DNA of 64,000 nt from positions 1,931,069 to 1,995,068 of the forward strand of contig OZ220747.1 of assembly GCA_965117015.1 (NCBI GenBank). The letters run 5' to 3'. This stretch comes from Acidimicrobiales bacterium. Lineage in GTDB: Bacteria; Actinomycetota; Acidimicrobiia; Acidimicrobiales; Aldehydirespiratoraceae. This document shows positions 59,508-64,000 of the stretch, in pieces (position 1 is the first letter of the stretch; every line of letters starts with the position of its first letter). The notes under the pieces were generated by a model that was not told where the DNA came from, ran no database searches, and was given only the letters and a program-made list of their open reading frames with translations. The position numbers and the translations under genes were made by a program.

Positions 59508-60223
59508 GCCCTGCGAACCGGCCGGTCCTTGCTGTGCGAGATCTAACGGTGGCCAGGGGCGGCGTGCCCGTCGTGCGCGGGGTGACGCTCGAAGTCGGCG
59601 CCTCTCAGGTGATGGCGATCGTGGGTCCCAACGGTTCTGGGAAGACGTCGATGCTCGAGGCCGTCTCGGGCGTCGTCAAGGTCTCGGGCGGCTCGGTCGC
59701 GCTGAACGGTTCCGACGTCACCCGAGCGTCGAGACTGCGACGCAACCGTCTCGGCCTCGGGCACGTGCGCCAGGGGCGAGCCGTCTTCAGCGAACTCTCC
59801 GTAGAGGAGAACCTTCGGGTCGCGGCCCGCGACACCGGTCCCGCCTACGAGATGTTCCCCGAGTTGCAGGCAAGGACTAGCACCCCGGCCCGGGAACTCT
59901 CGGGAGGGGAGCAGCAGATGCTGGTACTGGCCCGAACGCTCATAGCCCGCCCGCTGTGCCTGTTGATCGACGAGATTTCCCTTGGTCTTGCTCCTGCGGT
60001 CGTGCGACGCCTGACCGGCGCGGTCAAGGACGCGGCTCGAGCCGGAACGGCGGTGCTTCTCGTGGAGCAGTTCACGTCGGTTGCTCTCGACGTGGCCGAT
60101 GTCGTGAGCGTTCTGGTCCGAGGGGAGGCCGTCCTGAGCGAGCGCACCGATGTCCTGCGTGAGGATCCGAGCGTCCTGCAGCGCGCCTACATGGGCGCGG
60201 CCGGCGACGCGGCCGGCAAGTGA
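59504..60223 (+). CDS. LivF-like ABC transporter ATP-binding protein
   Basis: In-frame GTG at 59504 (GTGA overlap) in track ORF 58775..60223. It carries GPNGSGKTS, LSGGEQQ and LLIDEIS. 239 aa. Confidence 0.85.
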   Translation: MSPANRPVLAVRDLTVARGGVPVVRGVTLEVGASQVMAIVGPNGSGKTSMLEAVSGVVKVSGGSVALNGSDVTRASRLRRNRLGLGHVRQGRAVFSELSVEENLRVAARDTGPAYEMFPELQARTSTPARELSGGEQQMLVLARTLIARPLCLLIDEISLGLAPAVVRRLTGAVKDAARAGTAVLLVEQFTSVALDVADVVSVLVRGEAVLSERTDVLREDPSVLQRAYMGAAGDAAGK

Positions 60224-60227
60224 CGGG

Positions 60228-60944
60228 CTAGTTGGCCCGAATCAACTGGAGCTGCATGCCGAGCACCGCGGCCTGGGCCCGATTGGCTGCGCCCAGCTTG
60301 GTCAGTATGTGCTCGACATGGGTCGCGGCTGTTCGTGGTGCGATGTAGAGCTCGGTCGCAATGGCCGCGTTGGACTTGCCCCGAGCGATGAGTTCCAGGA
60401 CCTCGACCTCGCGCGTGCTGAGGGGGTCCCAATCGATGGTTTGAGGCAACGAGCGGACCAAGTTCTTGATGGTGGGAGCGATAAGACATAGGCCGTCGTG
60501 GGCCAGGTCGGTGATGTCATCCGTGGACTCGGTCGAGAAGTGCATGCCCCCAAGAACCTCGCCTGCTGCGGTGTAAAGCGGCACGGAGACACCGCCTCCG
60601 AAGCCGAGCGGCACGACGAAGTCGCGGACCGTTGCCGGCAGAGGGTCCATCTCCCATGTGTCCCGGAGCCGGGTTCCCCGCGGGGACGGCCTCAATCCCC
60701 GCCATTCCGCCAGGAAGTCCCTGCTTCCGAGCCAGGCGAGAATCGTGTCGGGGTAGCCGCGGCTGCAGACGATCTCGCCCCGCCCGTTCGAGTCCGCGGC
60801 CGCGTTGATGCACATCCCGACAAACGGGAGCACTAGACCGATCTCGTCGATGATGGCGTCGATGCGATCCGTGGTCGGCGATGCCGAGGTTGCCGCCGAA
60901 GCCACACTGCCGACGAAACGAGCGACATCCGCTACCGACCGCAC
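60228..60944 (-). CDS. LuxR-family transcriptional regulator with N-terminal sensor-like domain
   Basis: 238 aa. C-terminal LuxR HTH: LSTREVEVLELIARGKSNAAIATELYIAPRTAATHVEHILTKLG. The N-terminal roughly 170 aa are of an unassigned (GAF-like?) sensor type. Confidence 0.85.
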   Translation of the reverse strand: MRSVADVARFVGSVASAATSASPTTDRIDAIIDEIGLVLPFVGMCINAAADSNGRGEIVCSRGYPDTILAWLGSRDFLAEWRGLRPSPRGTRLRDTWEMDPLPATVRDFVVPLGFGGGVSVPLYTAAGEVLGGMHFSTESTDDITDLAHDGLCLIAPTIKNLVRSLPQTIDWDPLSTREVEVLELIARGKSNAAIATELYIAPRTAATHVEHILTKLGAANRAQAAVLGMQLQLIRAN

Positions 60945-60974
60945 GGATGCACCTCGTCCATGCCGGGACCATAA

Positions 60975-60992
60975 TCGTTAGGCACCGAACGA
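60975..60992. promoter_or_regulatory. palindromic operator-like box, copy B (TCGTTAGGCACCGAACGA)
   Basis: Second copy of the box seen at 53678-53695. It sits between the divergent luxR-type regulator (GTG 60944) and the SDR gene (GTG 61027). Confidence 0.5.
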
Positions 60993-61026
60993 TCAAGCGC
61001 GGGTCGAGGGTGATTATCGTGTCGCC

Positions 61027-61785
61027 GTGCCTGATTCTGCATTCGACCTTGCTGGGAGGCGGGCCGTCGTCACTGGGGCGTCGTCGGGGATCGGCGCCGC
61101 CGTTGCGGTCCGGCTGGCCGATGCGGGCGCGGATGTGGTGGCCGTGTCGCGGTCGGGTCGAGTGCCCGCGGCGGAGGGCTCCATCCGGCCGCTGGTGGCC
61201 GATCTGAGCGACCCGGACGGTGTCGACGGGGTGATCCCGGCCGCGGTGGCTGAACTGGGCGGGCTCGACATCCTCGTCAACAACGCCGGCCGGGCCGACT
61301 GGCTGGCGCTGAGCGACCTCGACCGCCAGCATTTTGACGGGCTGATCGGGCTCAACCTGTGGGCCCCGCTACGACTGTGCCAACTGGCGCATCCCCACTT
61401 GGCCGCAGGTGGCGACTCGGCGGTAGTGATGATCGGCTCGGTGGACGCGGTGCGGCCCTCGGCGGGCGGCGCCGTCTACGGGGCGACCAAGGCGGGGCTC
61501 GGAGCGGTCACCGTGGCACTGGCCAAGGAGTGGCGGGCCGACGGGATCCGGGTCAACCAGGTCGATCCGGGCATCGTGGACACGCCCATGGCCGCGGAGA
61601 TCATCCGCGAGCTGGGCGAGGCCGGAGCGTCGGTGAACATCGCGGGCCGGGCCGGCAAGCCCGACGAGATCGCCGCGCTGGTCCACTACCTGGTGGCGCC
61701 GGCCGGGCGCTTCGCCAACGGCGCGTCCTTCAGACTCGACGGCGGAGCGCTAGCCCTCGGACCCTTCGACAACCTCGAGCGCTGA
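61027..61785 (+). CDS. SDR family oxidoreductase
   Basis: 252 aa with TGASSGIGAA, NNAG and YGATK. Confidence 0.85.
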   Translation: MPDSAFDLAGRRAVVTGASSGIGAAVAVRLADAGADVVAVSRSGRVPAAEGSIRPLVADLSDPDGVDGVIPAAVAELGGLDILVNNAGRADWLALSDLDRQHFDGLIGLNLWAPLRLCQLAHPHLAAGGDSAVVMIGSVDAVRPSAGGAVYGATKAGLGAVTVALAKEWRADGIRVNQVDPGIVDTPMAAEIIRELGEAGASVNIAGRAGKPDEIAALVHYLVAPAGRFANGASFRLDGGALALGPFDNLER

Positions 61786-61809
61786 GATCAGGCCTGCGGA
61801 CGGTCCCGG

Positions 61810-62313
61810 TCACTGCCGTCCGGCCTCGACGATCACCCGGCGCAGCAGCCCGGCCAGCGCTTGCTTCTCGTCAGTCGAGAGCTTGCTCACCATCTCGCCC
61901 TCGTAGCGGTTGAAACGGGGGAAGAGCCTCTCGATGGTGTCCAGGCCGGCGTCGGTGAGCGCGACCGTCACCCGGCGGCGGTCCGACTCGACTGGCCTGC
62001 GTTCCACGAAACCTCGCTTCTCCAGAGTCTTGACCACACCGGTGAGCGTCGCCTTGGACAGGTCGCATTCCTCCGCCAGGTCCGCGGTCCGCATCTCGCC
62101 CCAAACCCACAGCACCCACAGGGTCGTGAAACCGCCCCAGGAGAGGCCGAACTGCGCCAGCACGCCACGCTCGGCACTGCGGCGCACCGCGGTGGCGGCC
62201 CGGTAGATGTTGGACACCGCCAGCATGGAGTCGAAGTCCAGTTGACGGTCGCCGAGGCGCTCCTGTATGAGGCGCTCTGCATCGAGTAGGCGCGGGCTCG
62301 CTCGGTCTTCCAC
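61810..62313 (-). CDS. MarR family transcriptional regulator
   Basis: Track ORF 61810..62358. The start is moved to the in-frame GTG at 62313 (GGAGA 8 nt upstream). wHTH: LSKATLTGVVKTLEKRGFVERRPVESDRRRV. 167 aa. Confidence 0.8.
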   Translation of the reverse strand: MEDRASPRLLDAERLIQERLGDRQLDFDSMLAVSNIYRAATAVRRSAERGVLAQFGLSWGGFTTLWVLWVWGEMRTADLAEECDLSKATLTGVVKTLEKRGFVERRPVESDRRRVTVALTDAGLDTIERLFPRFNRYEGEMVSKLSTDEKQALAGLLRRVIVEAGRQ

Positions 62314-62328
62314 GTCGGTGTCTCCGGT

Positions 62329-62350
62329 ATTGTTTGCTACCAAACGGAAT
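62329..62350. promoter_or_regulatory. imperfect palindrome upstream of marR (candidate MarR operator)
   Basis: ATTGTTTG-CTAC-CAAACGGAAT, with GTTTG/CAAAC arms. It lies 16-37 nt upstream of the GTG at 62313 in the marR/livF-like divergent region. Confidence 0.35.
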
Positions 62351-62439
62351 CGGCGCAAGACTAGGCGGCTGATCGCTCCCAGTCATCTGCAAGGCAAGCC
62401 GGCCCAACGTCGGGGGTGAGGGGGGATAGGTAGGGTTCC

Positions 62440-63180
62440 GTGGTGCTTGAGGTGTCCGGGCTGACCACACGCTACGGGTCGATCTCGGCGCTGCGCCGTG
62501 TGAGCCTCTCCGTCGCGGCCAATGAGATCGTCGGCCTCATCGGCCCCAACGGCGCGGGCAAGACCACCCTGCTCAACACCGTCTCGGGGCTGCTGCGCCC
62601 GGCTGAGGGCGAGGTGCACCTCGATGGCCGGCCCGTTACCGGCGACAGCCCCGATCGGATGCTCAAGGCGGGTCTGGCCCTCGTGCCCGAGAGGCGGAGG
62701 CTGTTCGCTGAGATGACGGTGGTCGAGAACCTCCGCGTCGGGGGCGTGACCGCCAGTACCGACGAGCGGGCCGAGCGGCTCGACGAGGTGGTGGAGCTGT
62801 TCCCGGTGCTCAAGGACAAGTGGTCCACCGCGGCCGGCTACCTCTCCGGAGGCGAGGCCCAGCAGCTCGCCATCGCTCGGGCCCTCATGAGCAACCCACG
62901 GGTCATCCTGATGGACGAGCCGTCGCTGGGCTTGGCGCCCGTGCTGGTCGACTTCGTGTTCCACCTGATCAGCCGCATGCGGACCGAGGGCCGCACGATG
63001 CTGGTCGTCGAGCAGAACGCCACCCGGCTGCTGGAGGTGGCCGACCGGGCCTACGTGCTGCGCACCGGAGAGATCGCAGCCGAGGGCCCGGCCTCGGACC
63101 TCCTCACCAGGGAGGACCTCTTCGACACGTTCGTCGGCGCCGCCCGCGACTCGCACACTACGGAGCCCGAGCAGCCGTGA
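62440..63180 (+). CDS. LivF-like ABC ATP-binding protein (no cognate permease or SBP adjacent)
   Basis: 246 aa with GPNGAGKTT, LSGGEAQQ and ILMDEPS. Its stop overlaps the start of the FAH gene (GTGA). Confidence 0.8.
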   Translation: MVLEVSGLTTRYGSISALRRVSLSVAANEIVGLIGPNGAGKTTLLNTVSGLLRPAEGEVHLDGRPVTGDSPDRMLKAGLALVPERRRLFAEMTVVENLRVGGVTASTDERAERLDEVVELFPVLKDKWSTAAGYLSGGEAQQLAIARALMSNPRVILMDEPSLGLAPVLVDFVFHLISRMRTEGRTMLVVEQNATRLLEVADRAYVLRTGEIAAEGPASDLLTREDLFDTFVGAARDSHTTEPEQP

Positions 63181-64000
63181 ACGCAGGAACGGCCGGGGCC
63201 GAGTATCGCCGCGTCCTTCTGGACGGGTATCCGGTGGTCGTCGAGCGCGAAGGGGACGACCTCGTGGCGCGGGACGGAAGGCGCGTGGCCACCTCGGAGG
63301 CCGTCCACCTGGCGCCGTGCGAGCCGACCAAGATCATCTGCGTCCACCTGAACTACTCCAGCCGGGTTGCCGAGTTCATGACCCGGCTGCCGCCGGCCCC
63401 CACCTACTTCCACAAGCCGATAACCGCTCTGAGCGCCCACGGCGCCGACGTGGTGCGGCCCGAGCCCTGCCGGTGGCTGAACTACGAGGGCGAGATCGGC
63501 ATCGTCATCGGCCGGACCTGCCGCAACGTCTCGCCGGCCGAGGCGGGCCACTACATCGCGGGCTACACGGTGGCCAACGACTACGGGCTGCACGACTTCC
63601 GCGACACCGACGCCGGTTCGATGCTGCGGGTCAAGGGCAGCGACACGCTGTGCCCGGTCGGGCCGGCGCTGGTGACCGGCTGGGACTTCCGCGGCAAGCG
63701 GATCCGCACCCTGGTGAACGGCGAGGTCCGCCAGGACGGCAACACCGACGAGATGGAATGGGACATGCACTACCTGGTGGCCGACCTGGCCCGCACCATC
63801 ACCCTGGTGCCCGGCGACCTGGTGCTGTCGGGCACGCCGGCCAACTCGCGCCCGGTGGTGCCCGGCGACGTGGTCACCGTGGAGGTGGAGGGCCTGGGCG
63901 CCCTGACCAACACCATCGTGGCCGGACCGGAGCCGGTGCGATCCGACGTGGGGGCCCAGCCGTCGGGCAGCGAGGAGGTCGTGTCCACGGCAATGGGCGG
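63177..64000 (+). CDS. fumarylacetoacetate hydrolase family protein (HpaG/2-keto-4-pentenoate hydratase-like), 3' end outside window
   Basis: Not in the ORF track because there is no stop before the window end. My own translation from GTG 63177 gives ...KIICVHLNYSSRVAEF...PTYFHKP...LNYEGEIGIVIGR...GYTVANDYGLHDFR...LVLSGTPAN. This is the typical FAH fold. Confidence 0.8.
   Translation, partial: MNAGTAGAEYRRVLLDGYPVVVEREGDDLVARDGRRVATSEAVHLAPCEPTKIICVHLNYSSRVAEFMTRLPPAPTYFHKPITALSAHGADVVRPEPCRWLNYEGEIGIVIGRTCRNVSPAEAGHYIAGYTVANDYGLHDFRDTDAGSMLRVKGSDTLCPVGPALVTGWDFRGKRIRTLVNGEVRQDGNTDEMEWDMHYLVADLARTITLVPGDLVLSGTPANSRPVVPGDVVTVEVEGLGALTNTIVAGPEPVRSDVGAQPSGSEEVVSTAMG

Overview
High-GC, Actinomycetota-type chromosomal window with about 60 protein-coding genes. 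I recognised no rRNA, tRNA, CRISPR array, transposase or integrase. All function calls come from reading motifs in the translated ORFs; no database search was possible.

The region 1-22.4 kb is conserved core. It holds alr (3' part), a P1 peptidase, tsaE-tsaB-tsaD, CIRCE-groES-groEL, vapBC, a NUDIX hydrolase and guaB3-guaA. It also holds a cystathionine beta-synthase/gamma-lyase pair, a class II Fic gene, an LLM oxidoreductase, pcrA, an alaX-like gene, sucCD and purH.

A 25-codon relic of a CoxS-type [2Fe-2S] subunit sits 11 bp after purH. Beyond it the window becomes a mosaic of accessory catabolic and transport modules:
- A six-gene translationally coupled operon (acyl-CoA synthetase, a/b-hydrolase, LLM, SDR, amidase, enoyl-CoA hydratase), with a TetR regulator and a Liv-type ABC importer.
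- proX / proVW, a homocysteine S-methyltransferase, a TauD dioxygenase and an LLM.
- A citrate-synthase-like gene and a P450.
- A gamma-glutamylation set (GS-like ligase plus two class I amidotransferase-like hydrolases) interleaved with a second P450, a LigB extradiol dioxygenase, an acetoacetate-decarboxylase-like protein, an ACAD and an a/b-hydrolase.
- An amidohydrolase, a second Liv-type ABC importer and a LuxR-type regulator.
- SDR, MarR, an orphan LivF and an FAH hydrolase that runs off the window.

The observations most worth a second look are:
- A 93-bp tandemly duplicated AT-rich promoter/operator-like module between the CBS and Fic genes.
- A box identical at 25 of 28 nt, with an 18-bp palindromic core, present in two divergent promoter regions 7.3 kb apart that bracket the LuxR locus.
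- The GS-like/amidotransferase/P450/LigB cluster. It looks like a gamma-glutamyl-mediated amine oxidation and ring-cleavage route with a P450 where known pathways use a Rieske oxygenase.
- The CoxS relic, which marks a rearrangement boundary.
- A ProW permease with a roughly 350-aa multi-TM C-terminal extension.
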